Shown one piece after another: positions 1 through 9,624 of a stretch of 32,000 bases of DNA. The stretch lies in NCBI RefSeq assembly GCF_001457615.1, contig NZ_LN831024.1:3690001-3722000 (forward strand). Direction: 5' to 3'. The notes beneath the pieces are model-generated. The model saw only the letters and a list, made by a program, of their open reading frames with translations, had not been told where the DNA came from and did no database searches. Source of the DNA: Pseudomonas aeruginosa (GTDB taxonomy: Bacteria; Pseudomonadota; Gammaproteobacteria; Pseudomonadales; Pseudomonadaceae). Positions within the stretch are counted from its first letter, which is position 1. Every line of letters begins with the position of its first letter. A program made the translations under genes and the position numbers.

Positions 1-1296
1 TGCCAGGTTGGCCTCGGGGAAGATCACCTGGCTCAGCAGGTGATGGATGAAGCGCGAGCGCCCGTTGCGCAGGGTCGGCAGCAGGCCGCTGGCGATCCCC
101 AGGTTGGCGCCGATGCCGGCGGTGTCCTCGTCCAGCTGCTGGGCCAGGTGCGGCGCGCTGGTCAGGTAGAAGCCGCGCAGGCGGCTGGCGCGCTGGTAGC
201 GGTTGCCGGTGAAGGCGAGTTCGACGAACAGGCACAACCGCTCGCCGATCTGGCCAAGCTGGTGCGGGAAGTCCAGGATGCGACCGCGACGCAGGGTATC
301 GCGCTCCTGGTGGATGCGCATGATCACCTGGCTGTTCAGGCGTCGCAGAAGGTCCTCGAACGCCTGGCGCAGGACCGTCACATCGGTGCCGTTCTGCTCC
401 TTGCCGAAGCTGGTGCCCAGAACCTGGTCGCTCTCCTCGCGGCTCAACTGGTCGAAGAACTCGTCGAAGCCGAGCAACTGGTCGGCCTTGCTCAGCACCA
501 GGTAGACCGGCAGATCGAGGTGCAGGGTCTGCTGGATTTCCTGCAGGCGCGCACGCACCTGGCGAGCCAGCGTATCCAGCGCCATCTCGTCGTCACTGAG
601 CAACGTTTCTACCGGAATCGACACCATCACGCCATTCAGCGGCCGTGCGCGGCGGCGCTTGCGCAACAGGCCGAGCAGGGTCGCCCAGGCGCCCCCGTCG
701 ACCTCGCCGTCGGCTTGGGTCAGGTAGCGCCCGGCGGTGTCGATCAGGACGCCGTGGTCGGCGAAGTACCAGTCGCAGTAGCGCGTGCCGGCGGTGTCGC
801 GGGTCAGCTTGCGGTCGATCCGGTTGATCGGGAATTCCAGTCCGGAAAAGTCCAGCAGGCTGGTCTTGCCGCTTCCCTGCGGGCCGATCAGCAGGTACCA
901 GGGCAGCTCGTTGCGCCAGCGCTCGCTGCGACCGCGGTACAGGCTGGAGGTCTTCAGGGTGCGCAAGGCGTCCTTGAAGCGGCTGCGCAATTCCTTCTGT
1001 TCGTCTTCGATCAGACCGTCGCGGCGCAGGCGCTCCTGGCCCTCGTCGCTGTCCTCGACGGCCTTGCGCCGCACTCCGGCGCGCCAGCTGACGAAGACCA
1101 TCGCCAGCCCCCAGACCAGGAACATCAGGCTGATGCTCAGCAACCGCGAGGTCGGGCTTTCCCAGAACTTGTAGTCGGCGACCGCCAGCAGCGGCCCGAC
1201 GAACCACACCAGCAATGCCGCCAGGAGTACCAGCAACAGCGTCCAGACCCACGTCTTGCGCAGGAAGGCGCCGACTTTCTTGAAGAAGTTTTTCAT
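1..1296 (-). CDS. tssM2 (icmF2): TssM/IcmF family T6SS inner-membrane protein, N-terminal part only (truncated by the left window edge)
   Basis: Minus-strand open frame from ATG at 1296: MKNFFKKVGAFLRKTWVWTLLLVLLAALLVWFVGPLLAVADYKFW..., two TM segments, Walker A-like LIGPQGSGKTSLL, then FLVLSK-type GTPase-like region. No stop before the window edge. The ORF track lists only other-frame ORFs here. Confidence 0.93.
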   Translation of the reverse strand, partial: MKNFFKKVGAFLRKTWVWTLLLVLLAALLVWFVGPLLAVADYKFWESPTSRLLSISLMFLVWGLAMVFVSWRAGVRRKAVEDSDEGQERLRRDGLIEDEQKELRSRFKDALRTLKTSSLYRGRSERWRNELPWYLLIGPQGSGKTSLLDFSGLEFPINRIDRKLTRDTAGTRYCDWYFADHGVLIDTAGRYLTQADGEVDGGAWATLLGLLRKRRRARPLNGVMVSIPVETLLSDDEMALDTLARQVRARLQEIQQTLHLDLPVYLVLSKADQLLGFDEFFDQLSREESDQVLGTSFGKEQNGTDVTVLRQAFEDLLRRLNSQVIMRIHQERDTLRRGRILDFPHQLGQIGERLCLFVELAFTGNRYQRASRLRGFYLTSAPHLAQQLDEDTAGIGANLGIASGLLPTLRNGRSRFIHHLLSQVIFPEANLA

Positions 1297-1311
1297 TTCG
1301 CGTCCCTGTGT

Positions 1312-2181
1312 TTACGAACCGGGCTGTCCTGCCGCCGCATCGAGCGACTGGTAAGGCTGCAGCACCGTGTCGCGTTGTTCGCCGAGAACCCAGGCGAATC
1401 CCGAATACATCACCACCAGGCAGACCAGGGTGAACAGCGCCACCATCCACCAGGGCACGATCCGCACCAGGCCGCGACGCTGGTCGCTGAGCCCCTGCCA
1501 GTGCGGCGACAGTTCGCGCGGCACGTCGCCGCGCAACTGGCGGATCTGCCGGTAGAGCGCGTCGGAAATACCGTCCAGGTCGAGCACGCCGCGGGCCATC
1601 ACCCGGTACTTGCCCTCGAAGCCGAGGGCCAGGCAGAGGTACATCAGCTCCAGCATCGGCAGGTGCTTGACCGGGTTCTTCGACAGCCGGTCGAGCAACT
1701 GGAAGAACTTCTCGCCGCCGAAGGTCTCGTTATGGAAGCTGCTCAGCAGGCTGATCTTCGACCATTCGCTTTCGTTGCCCCACGGGGTGGTCACCACCGC
1801 CTCGTCGACCACCGTGCACAGCACGTAGCGCGCCGCCATGACCTGGCTGTTTTCCACGCCATCCTGCACGGCGCGGAATTCGAAGAGCTTCATGGCGGAG
1901 GTCAACCGCTCCTTGAGCGCCGCAAGGTTCTCCAGCACGGTGCTGTGCTTGAGCCGGACCACTTCCGAAAGCAGTTCGGAAGCCGCCGCCACCAGCGGGT
2001 TCAGGCTGACGTTGAAGGCCTCGCCCGGACGCAGGCGCGCCGCGTAGATCATCCGCTCCTCGAGTTGCTCGAAGCGCGGCGGTTCGGCGAAATCGGTCAG
2101 CGGCCCCTGGGCCGGTACCTGTCCCTGGTGATCGAGGAGGACGGTCTTCTCGTCCTCGTGGTATTCCCTTTCCTTGATCAT
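1312..2181 (-). CDS. tssL2 (dotU2): TssL/DotU family T6SS membrane protein
   Basis: 289-aa ORF MIKEREYHEDEKTVLLDHQGQVPAQG... with C-terminal TM (WWMVALFTLVCLVVMYSGFAW); located between tssK and tssM. Confidence 0.94.
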   Translation of the reverse strand: MIKEREYHEDEKTVLLDHQGQVPAQGPLTDFAEPPRFEQLEERMIYAARLRPGEAFNVSLNPLVAAASELLSEVVRLKHSTVLENLAALKERLTSAMKLFEFRAVQDGVENSQVMAARYVLCTVVDEAVVTTPWGNESEWSKISLLSSFHNETFGGEKFFQLLDRLSKNPVKHLPMLELMYLCLALGFEGKYRVMARGVLDLDGISDALYRQIRQLRGDVPRELSPHWQGLSDQRRGLVRIVPWWMVALFTLVCLVVMYSGFAWVLGEQRDTVLQPYQSLDAAAGQPGS

Positions 2182-2183
2182 GT

Positions 2184-3515
2184 TCAGTTCCTGATGGCCC
2201 AGAATTTCAGTTCAAGCTCGGAGAACTCGCCGGATACGTGGAACGCGAAACCACCGGAGCGCTCCAGCTGGGCCATGTCCTCGGCGTTGGGTTCGAGAAT
2301 GAAATAGGTCTTGTTGGAGTGGAACGGGATCTGCCGCGGCGCCACCGGCAGCGGCTTGACCCGGATCCCCGGCAGGTGCAGGTTGACCAGTTGGCGAATG
2401 TGCTCGACCGCACCCACCTTGAGATGCGCGGGCAGCCGCTGGCGCAGTTCCTCCGACTCGCAATTGGCACTGGCGGCGAGCACGAACGAGGCGCTGCCGA
2501 GCAGCTTGTGGTCGTGCAGGGGCGAGACCAGGATGCCGTACTGGCGGGCCTGGAGAGGCAGTTCGATGGCATGCTGCTCGAGCACCATCGACAGGACCTG
2601 GCGGATCGCCTCCATCAGCCTGCGGAAGCTGGCGCCCTGGTCGCTGTGCTGGTAACGGCTGTCCAGGCGCGGACGTTTGCTCTCGCTGCCGAAGGTGGCG
2701 AGGTCGCCGAGCATGGTCAGCAGCACCCGGTACAACTGCTCCGGATGCACCTGCTCCAATCCCAGGTAGTGGCGCAGCAGCAACTCGGTGCGATTGATCA
2801 GTTGCAGCATCATGAAATCGCCGACCTCCGCGCCGCCGACCTTGCCATTGGACCGGATACGCTCGGCGATGGTGTCGCCGCGATGGCCGAGCATGCTGAT
2901 CACTTCCTTCAGGCAGGACAGCAGGTAGGCGGATGCGTGGGCGTGGAGGTAGCTCGGCACGAAGTCGGGATCGAGGCTGATCACCCCGTCCGGCGTGGTA
3001 TCCAGCACCACCGCCACCTTCAGTTTGACGTAGGCCTGGTCGCTCTGCTGCTCGCCGAGCAGCAGGCGAAAATCCGGCCGCGCGCAGCTGACCTGCACCA
3101 TGGAATCCTCGCCGGCGTTGGAGTCCGCCACCTCCAGGTCGTAGGCGGTATAGCGCGCCAGGACCTCGGCCTGCTCCGGCCGGCGCGCCTCGATGTGGTT
3201 GCCGGTGACCAGCGGCAGGGCCAGGTAGATCGGCACGTTCGAGGTATTGGGCGGCACGTCGAGGGCGAGCGGCTCGGTGTTGCCGCCGAGTTCGAACAGA
3301 CTGCCGTCGGGCAGTACGCCGGAGGCCTGGCTGATCACCAGCTTGCCCATGTTGAGGAACTGGCGGTCCAGCTCCAGGGCGAGGAAGCCCCAGTTGTAGC
3401 TGCCCAGCAACTGGGTCCGGGCCTTCATCTGGTTGTCGTAGTAGCGGTCGTTGTGTTGCAGGTGCTGCGGGCGCAGCAGCATGCCTTCCTGCCAGACGAT
3501 CTTGTGCACGTTCAT
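2184..3515 (-). CDS. tssK2 (hsiJ2): TssK T6SS baseplate protein
   Basis: 443-aa ORF MNVHKIVWQEGMLLRPQHLQHNDRYYDNQM..., characteristic TssK N-terminus. Confidence 0.96.
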   Translation of the reverse strand: MNVHKIVWQEGMLLRPQHLQHNDRYYDNQMKARTQLLGSYNWGFLALELDRQFLNMGKLVISQASGVLPDGSLFELGGNTEPLALDVPPNTSNVPIYLALPLVTGNHIEARRPEQAEVLARYTAYDLEVADSNAGEDSMVQVSCARPDFRLLLGEQQSDQAYVKLKVAVVLDTTPDGVISLDPDFVPSYLHAHASAYLLSCLKEVISMLGHRGDTIAERIRSNGKVGGAEVGDFMMLQLINRTELLLRHYLGLEQVHPEQLYRVLLTMLGDLATFGSESKRPRLDSRYQHSDQGASFRRLMEAIRQVLSMVLEQHAIELPLQARQYGILVSPLHDHKLLGSASFVLAASANCESEELRQRLPAHLKVGAVEHIRQLVNLHLPGIRVKPLPVAPRQIPFHSNKTYFILEPNAEDMAQLERSGGFAFHVSGEFSELELKFWAIRN

Positions 3516-4027
3516 CGCGCGTCACCCGCCTTGCCGAGCAATTCGCCGGCATTCAGGATGCCCTTCCGGCCCAGCTTCAGCTCTACCCGGGTCAGCTCTT
3601 TCGCCGTGACCGGCACCACGTAGCGCCAGCTTGCCTCGCCGAGATCGCGGTAGGCGGCGAGCACGCCCACGTAGCGGCTCCCCTCCTCCACGCTGAGCTT
3701 GAGTTCGACCCGCTCGCCGGGACGCAGCTCCAGCTCCTCGCTGGTCACCAGGTCGGGGTCCAGGGTCTCCTTGGGACGTTCGTAGAGGCTGAAGAAGTCG
3801 GCGTTCTCGAACGCCACCGGGTGTTTCAGCTCGAACAGCCGCACTACCACCGGCGACGGCCGGCCATTGAGGTCGGGATTGACCCGCTCGCCGGCGCTCA
3901 GGGCGAGGTCGAGCTTGGTCAGTCTGGAATACGGCGACAGCGTGGAACAGCCGGCCAGCAGCGCCAGGACGGCGAGCATGGCCAGCGCCCTGGCTGGCGG
4001 GATCGGGCGACGAGACATGGCGATCAT
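3512..4027 (-). CDS. tssJ2 (lip2): TssJ T6SS outer-membrane lipoprotein
   Basis: 171-aa ORF with lipobox (LALLAGCSTLSPYSRLTKLDLALSAGERVNPD); overlaps tssK start by 4 nt. Confidence 0.94.
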   Translation of the reverse strand: MIAMSRRPIPPARALAMLAVLALLAGCSTLSPYSRLTKLDLALSAGERVNPDLNGRPSPVVVRLFELKHPVAFENADFFSLYERPKETLDPDLVTSEELELRPGERVELKLSVEEGSRYVGVLAAYRDLGEASWRYVVPVTAKELTRVELKLGRKGILNAGELLGKAGDAR

Positions 4028-5217
4028 CCTTGGTGCTCGGTGTAGAGGGTGGAAATCAGGCGAACCTGCTCTTCGTAGGCCTGGGCGAAATCACGCGCCA
4101 ACAGACGCTCGCTCCAATCGTCGTCCTGGCATAGCGACTGGTGGTAGCGACCATAGGCACGCCAGCGGCTGCCCGAGGTGGCCAGCAACGGCCGGCGACC
4201 GTCGCGCTCGAAACGCAGGGCCAGCTGCTGCGGCGAGAAATGCTCAAGGGTCGCGCGCACCGCCGCCCGGCTGGCGCCGAGCAGCGCCACCTGGTGCGCC
4301 TGGAGGTCGCGGAAACTGCGTGCGACGGCCTGTTCGCCACTCAACTGGCCAGGCTTGCCATCCCGTAGCAGATGCCCCAGCGCCTCGCCGGCATCGGCGC
4401 TGAAGCGCAAGGGATTCTTGCCGGTATCGCGCAACGTGCTCAGCGACAGGCGCAGTTCGTTCTTCAGTTCGCTGCGGGTCCGCAGGCTCTGCTGCAAGCC
4501 GCCGATGCACTGCCGCAGCAAACCGGCGGCGTCGATCGCCAGCGCTTCGCGCGCAGCGCCGTCGAGGCCTTCGAGGTCCATTCCCAGGGCCTGGCCGAAA
4601 CGCTGCCAGAAGGCTTCGTCGCGACCCGGACGCGGACTTTCCACGGGTTCCTGCGGAGCCGCCGGGGCGGGCACCAGCTCCGGTACGACCAGGCTTTCCA
4701 TGTCGATCCGCGCGTAGTCCGCACGCGCCCCGGCCTCCTGGCTGGGCTGGGCGATCGCGCTCAGGTCGTCGAGTTCGTAGGCATCTGCACCGTCCTGGTC
4801 GAGCGCCTGCAACGGATCGAGGGCCAGGAAGGCATCGTCCGGAATGATGCTGCCCGCCGGCTGCGGCCGCCCGACGTCCATGGCGAGCTCGTCGGGCTCG
4901 CGCAGCAACCGCGCGCGGATCTCGAAGTCGCCGAGCAGGAAGACGCTGTCCTGCTCGATGCGCTGCGGCTCGCCATGCGGCAGGCGGCTGCCGTTGCCGG
5001 CGCGGATGCCGTTGCTGCTGGTGTCGGTCAGGTAGAACGCGCCGTTGCGATAGCTGACCCGCGCATGCTGCTTGGACAGGTGCCGCTTGCGATCGGGAAT
5101 CGCCCAATCGCACTCACCGCCGCGGCCGATGAGGCCGCCGTTCCTGCCGAAGGTCTTGCTGCATAGCTCTGTCGGTACGAATTGCTTGGCGCTGAGCATT
5201 TCCAATACCAGTTCCAT
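4024..5217 (-). CDS. fha2: FHA-domain T6SS-associated protein (Fha type)
   Basis: Likely start at 5217 (MELVLEMLSAKQFVPTELCSKTFGRNGGLIGRGGECDWAIPDRKRHLSKQHARVSY...NGIRAG): FHA motifs GR/SxxH/NG. The track's 429-aa ORF starts upstream of the plausible start. Confidence 0.92.
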   Translation of the reverse strand: MELVLEMLSAKQFVPTELCSKTFGRNGGLIGRGGECDWAIPDRKRHLSKQHARVSYRNGAFYLTDTSSNGIRAGNGSRLPHGEPQRIEQDSVFLLGDFEIRARLLREPDELAMDVGRPQPAGSIIPDDAFLALDPLQALDQDGADAYELDDLSAIAQPSQEAGARADYARIDMESLVVPELVPAPAAPQEPVESPRPGRDEAFWQRFGQALGMDLEGLDGAAREALAIDAAGLLRQCIGGLQQSLRTRSELKNELRLSLSTLRDTGKNPLRFSADAGEALGHLLRDGKPGQLSGEQAVARSFRDLQAHQVALLGASRAAVRATLEHFSPQQLALRFERDGRRPLLATSGSRWRAYGRYHQSLCQDDDWSERLLARDFAQAYEEQVRLISTLYTEHQG

Positions 5218-5234
5218 GAGATCGCTCCTTGCGG

Positions 5235-5375
5235 TCACTTGCCGCGATTGACCGCCTGCGGATCGCCAAGCGGGCGATAGTCGCCGTCGTTGAATTTGTA
5301 GTTGCCGCTGCAACCGGCGAGGCCGCAGAGGACGGCCAGGGCCAGAAGCACGGCGGGCCAGTGACGAACAGGCAT
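5235..5375 (-). CDS. Small (46 aa) predicted lipoprotein in the T6SS operon
   Basis: My own translation: MPVRHWPAVLLALAVLCGLAGCSGNYKFNDGDYRPLGDPQAVNRGK*. Signal peptide and LAGC lipobox. Not in the supplied ORF track (below its length cutoff). Position matches the orfX slot of HSI-II-type clusters. Confidence 0.8.
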   Translation of the reverse strand: MPVRHWPAVLLALAVLCGLAGCSGNYKFNDGDYRPLGDPQAVNRGK

Positions 5376-5463
5376 CAGGGAGTCTCCATGGAAGGGCCGC
5401 GGACGCCGCGCTCCAGGCGCGCGCCCGGCTGGGCTGGTTGGAAGGAAATCTCGATCATGGGCT

Positions 5464-6974
5464 TCAGGTCCGGGGATCGCCGAAATGAATGTTCAGGCGT
5501 CCCATGCGATAGATCAGGGTTCGTCGCGGCAGACCCAGTTCGCGCGCGGCGAGGGTCTGGTTGCCAGCGTTCCTGCGCAGGCAGGCGAGCAGCAGGTCCC
5601 GTTCGATCTGCTCCAGATGCTCGCGCAGCTTGAGCGGCGCCTCCGCTTCCGGGGCGCGCGCAGGGAAAAGTGTTCGGCCAGCAGCACCTCGCCTTCGCAG
5701 AGCAGTACCGCGCATTCCACCAGTCCCTTCAGCTCCCGAACGTTGCCGGGAAAGCCATAGCCGTCGAGCAGTTCCAGCGCTTCCGCGGACCAGCCCAGCG
5801 GCGCGCGGCGCAGGAACACGCAGGCGCGTTCGGCGAAATGCCGGGCCAGTTCGAGGGCGTCGCCCTCGCGCTGGCGCAACGGCGGCAACTCGATGGGAAA
5901 CTGCGCCAGCCGGTAGTAGAGGTCTTCGCGGAACTTGCCATCGCGGACCAGCAGGGCGAGGTCACGGTGGGTAGCGGCGATGATGCGTACATCGACCTTG
6001 TGCGTGTCGTTGCCGCCGAGCGGGCGAATCTCGCCTTCCTGCAACACGCGCAACAGCTTGGCCTGGAGCGACAGGGGCATGTCGCCGATTTCGTCGAGCA
6101 GCAGGGTTCCGCCATCCGCGGCATCGAACAACCCGGGACGATCGCGCTCGGCACCGGTAAAGGCGCCCTTGCGGTAGCCGAACAGCTCGCTTTCCAGCAG
6201 GTTTTCCGGAAACGCCGCGCAGTTCTGCACCACGAACGCCTGTGCTCGCCGCGGGCCGTACTCGTGGATCGCCCGTGCGACCACCTCCTTGCCGGTACCG
6301 GTCTCGCCCTGCAGCAACACGGTATAGGGGTTGTGCAGGACCTTGCTGATCAGGCGGCAGGTCTCACGCATCGCCGCGCTCCTGCCGATCAGCCCGTAGC
6401 CGCTGACCACCGGCGCGCTGGACGGTCCCTGCGGCTCGCCGGAGGGTTGCGAGAGGCGTTGCAGCAGATGCAACTGGGCCAGCACGAACGAGCCCAACTG
6501 GCCCAGTGGATGGGCGAATCCCTGCAGGTCCAGTGGGCGCCGGGTGGCGCAGACCACCATGCCCTCGACCGTTTTCTCCGGGCTCACCAGCGGAACGCAG
6601 AGCAGGGACAGCCAGGGCTGCTCCCCTGCCGGCAGGAAGCCGGTCTCGTGCAGCCGCGACGGCAGGTCGACGAGACTGACCACGCGGTTCTGGCACAGGG
6701 CGAACTGCAGCAACTGCTCGCCGGTGTAGTCCGCCGGCAGGCTCGACGGCTCCAGCGCCTGCAACAGGCCGTCCCGGTATTCGGCGTTGAGGGTGAGCGC
6801 GGTATGGGTCTGGTCGAGCAGATACAGCTGGCTCAGCTCGCAGCCGCTGAGTTCGCCGACTGCGCGTGCGAAACCGCCCAGCAGGGCCGCGATGTCGGTT
6901 TCCCGCGACAGCGCGCCGAACTGAGCGAGCAGGGCTTCGGCGAAGGCCAGGGGTTGCGGTACGCGGCTGAACAT
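5464..6974 (-). CDS. sfa2: Sigma54-dependent transcriptional activator (GAF + AAA+ domains), with an apparent frame disruption before the C-terminal Fis-type HTH
   Basis: Likely ATG at 6974 (MFSRVPQPLAFAEALLAQFG...). AAA+ with VLLQGETGTGKEVVARAIHEYGPR, ESELFGYRKGAFTGA, GNVRELKG. The main frame ends at 5514, while the HTH (LEQIERDLLLACLRRNAGNQTLAARELGLPRRTLIYRMGRLNIHF) is in another frame ending at 5464. Confidence 0.9.
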
Positions 6975-6984
6975 CGCACCCACC

Positions 6985-9618
6985 TCAGGCGAACTCGCAG
7001 AGCACGCGGCCGTGCTCGCCCAGCGTCGCATGGACCCGCTCGAGACGCTCGTCGCGCGCCATCGCTTCCAGCAAACGGTCGGCCACCAGCGGCAGCAGGT
7101 GCGTGTCCAGCAGGTGGTCGATCAACCGTGCGCCGCTGTCGCTCTGGGTGCAACGCTCGGCCAGGTGGTCCACCAGCGCCTGGCTGTAGTCGAAAGCCAG
7201 TTGACGGCGGGCCAGACGCTCGCCGAGGCGTTCCAGCTTGATCTCGATCAGCTCGCGCAGTACCGGGCCGCCCACCGGGTAGTAAGGCACCACGCGCATG
7301 CGCGCCAGCAGCGCCGGCTTGAAATGCCGGCTGAGCGCCGGCCGGATGGTTTCCTCCAGGAGTTCGGCGGAAGGCCGCGCGCCGTCCTGGCAAAGCGCGG
7401 CGATGTGCTCGCTGGCGAGGTTGGAGGTCATCAAGATCAAGGTATTGCGGAAATCGATCTCGCGCCCTTCACCATCGTTGGCTACGCCCTTGTCGAAGAT
7501 CTGGTAGAACAGGTTGAGCACGTCCGGATCGGCCTTCTCCACCTCGTCCAGCAATATCACCGAATAGGGCTTCTGGCGTACTGCCTCGGTGAGCATGCCA
7601 CCCTCGCCATAGCCGACATAGCCGGGCGGCGCGCCGATCAGGCGCGAGACGGTGTGCTTCTCCTGGAACTCGGACATGTTGATGGTGGTGATGAAACGCT
7701 CGCCGCCATACAGCAGGTCGGCCAGCGCCAGCGCGGTCTCGGTCTTGCCCACCCCGCTCGGGCCCACCAGCAGGAACACGCCGACCGGCGCATCGGGCTT
7801 GTTCAGCCCGGCCGCGGTGGCGCGCATCGCGCGGTCCAGGGCGCTGACCGCCTGTTCCTGGCCACGGATCCGCGCCCGCAGGTCGTCGGCGAACCCCATC
7901 ACCTTGGCGTTGTGTTCCCGCGCCAGTTGTTCCACCGGTACGCCGGTCCAGGCGCCGATCACCTCGGCAACCAGGCGCGGGCAGACCTCGAAGCTGACCA
8001 GCCGCCCCTGGGCCTGGGCATCGGCGAGCGCCTGGCGGGTTTCGTGAAGGGCCTTTTCCAGGGCTTCGACACCGCCATGCTCGTCGGCCGGGAAAGCCTC
8101 CGCGTCCGCCTCGCCGCCCTGCTCTTCCCGGTTCGCCTCGCGGGCCCTGGCCAATTGCTGGCGCAGGGCGAGCAGGCGCTCGGCGAGTTCGCGCTGGCGG
8201 CTCCACTGGTCCTCCTGTACGTGCCGCTCGCTTTCCGCCTGGGCCAGGCGCTCCTCCAGCGCCTGCAGGGTATCGTGGTCGATCGGCAGGCCTGCCTCGG
8301 CATCGCGGCGCAGGGCCTGGCGCTGGCGCTCACCTTCGGCCAGCTCGCCGCGCAGGCGCTCGAGGCTCTCCGGCGCCGCCGCCAGGCTGATGCGCACCCG
8401 CGCACAGGCGGTGTCGAGGACGTCGACGGCCTTGTCCGGCAACTGGCGACCCGCCAGGTAGCGGGCGGACAGTTCGGCGGCGGCCACCACCGCGTCGTCG
8501 CGCAGGTAGATACCGTGGCTTTCCTCGTAAACCCGGGCCAGGCCACGCAGGATCGTCACCGCCTCGGCAACGCTCGGCTCATGCAACTGCACGGGCTGGA
8601 AGCGCCGGGCCAGCGCCGGGTCCTTCTCGAAATACTTCTTGTATTCGGCCCAGGTCGTCGCCGCGATGGTGCGCAACTCGCCACGTGCCAGGGCCGGCTT
8701 TAGCAGGTTGGCGGCATCCGAGCCGCCGGCCTGACCGCCCGCGCCGATCAGCGTATGGGCCTCGTCGATGAACAGGATGGTCGGCCTGAGCGCTGCCTTC
8801 ACTTCGTCGATGACGCCTTTCAGGCGCCGCTCGAACTCGCCCTTCACGCTGGCACCGGCCTGCAACAGGCCCATGTCGAGGGACAACAGCTCGACGTCCC
8901 TCAGCGCCGGCGGCACTTCCCCTGCGGCGATCCGCGAGGCCAGGCCTTCGACGATGGCGGTCTTGCCGACGCCGGCCTCGCCGACCACGATGGGGTTGTT
9001 TTTCCGCCGACGGGCCAGGATGTCGACCATCTGGCGAATAGCCCCGTCGCGACAGAGCACCGGATCGAGCTTGCCGTCGCGCGCCTGCTGGGTAAGGTTG
9101 TGGGTGAAACGCTGCAACAGGGACTCGCCGCCGCCCGGCTTGCCGCTGAGCGCGCCCTCCAGCGGCTGCGAGAGCGCGAAATCCTTCAACCGCTCGATGT
9201 CGAGCCGCGCCAGCAGCGGCTGGTAGCGGCTGCCGGCATAGCGCAACGGGTTGCGTAGCAGGGCCAGGATCAATGCTGCCTGGTCGATCTGGCTACGGCC
9301 CAGTTCGAGGTTGGCCAGCAACAGCGCATCCTGCAGCCACTGCACCAGCTCGGGCGCGAACACCGGATTGCGCGAGGCACTATGCTCGCCCCGCGCTTGC
9401 AACGCGGCGTTGAGTTCGCCGGCGTCCACCGCGGCATCCTGCAGGGCGCGCGCCAGCAGTCCCTGGGGACGCTCCAGCAGGCCCAGCAACAGGTCCTCCA
9501 CCAGTACCTTGCTGCCGCCACGGGCTACGCAGCGCTCGGCCGAGCCTTCGAGGTCGCGCCGGGTGTCGGCATCCAGCGCCTGAATCAGTTGTTGCAGGTC
9601 TACGTTGATCATGCTCAT
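6985..9618 (-). CDS. clpV2: ClpV/TssH T6SS AAA+ ATPase
   Basis: 877-aa ORF with two AAA+ modules ([15 protein letters not shown]; [24 protein letters not shown]) and [14 protein letters not shown]-type ClpV features. Confidence 0.97.
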   Translation of the reverse strand: MSMINVDLQQLIQALDADTRRDLEGSAERCVARGGSKVLVEDLLLGLLERPQGLLARALQDAAVDAGELNAALQARGEHSASRNPVFAPELVQWLQDALLLANLELGRSQIDQAALILALLRNPLRYAGSRYQPLLARLDIERLKDFALSQPLEGALSGKPGGGESLLQRFTHNLTQQARDGKLDPVLCRDGAIRQMVDILARRRKNNPIVVGEAGVGKTAIVEGLASRIAAGEVPPALRDVELLSLDMGLLQAGASVKGEFERRLKGVIDEVKAALRPTILFIDEAHTLIGAGGQAGGSDAANLLKPALARGELRTIAATTWAEYKKYFEKDPALARRFQPVQLHEPSVAEAVTILRGLARVYEESHGIYLRDDAVVAAAELSARYLAGRQLPDKAVDVLDTACARVRISLAAAPESLERLRGELAEGERQRQALRRDAEAGLPIDHDTLQALEERLAQAESERHVQEDQWSRQRELAERLLALRQQLARAREANREEQGGEADAEAFPADEHGGVEALEKALHETRQALADAQAQGRLVSFEVCPRLVAEVIGAWTGVPVEQLAREHNAKVMGFADDLRARIRGQEQAVSALDRAMRATAAGLNKPDAPVGVFLLVGPSGVGKTETALALADLLYGGERFITTINMSEFQEKHTVSRLIGAPPGYVGYGEGGMLTEAVRQKPYSVILLDEVEKADPDVLNLFYQIFDKGVANDGEGREIDFRNTLILMTSNLASEHIAALCQDGARPSAELLEETIRPALSRHFKPALLARMRVVPYYPVGGPVLRELIEIKLERLGERLARRQLAFDYSQALVDHLAERCTQSDSGARLIDHLLDTHLLPLVADRLLEAMARDERLERVHATLGEHGRVLCEFA

Positions 9619-9624
9619 CCATCC

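Noticed and set aside
593-1450. 285-aa minus-strand ORF
   Set aside because: Alternate frame of tssM; the real TssM frame (MKNFFKKVGAF...) occupies this DNA.
40-2307. 755-aa plus-strand ORF antisense to tssM/tssL
   Set aside because: Low-complexity, Q/A/R/H-rich translation typical of the antisense frame of GC-rich genes; it covers two well-supported minus-strand genes.
2212-3552. 446-aa minus-strand ORF and plus-strand 461-aa ORF 2238..3623
   Set aside because: Shadow ORFs of tssK; no family signature.
7012-8703. 563-aa plus-strand ORF (also 5670..7241, 12535..14772, 9382..10104, 11439..12464)
   Set aside because: Antisense to strongly identified T6SS genes; composition typical of spurious reverse frames.
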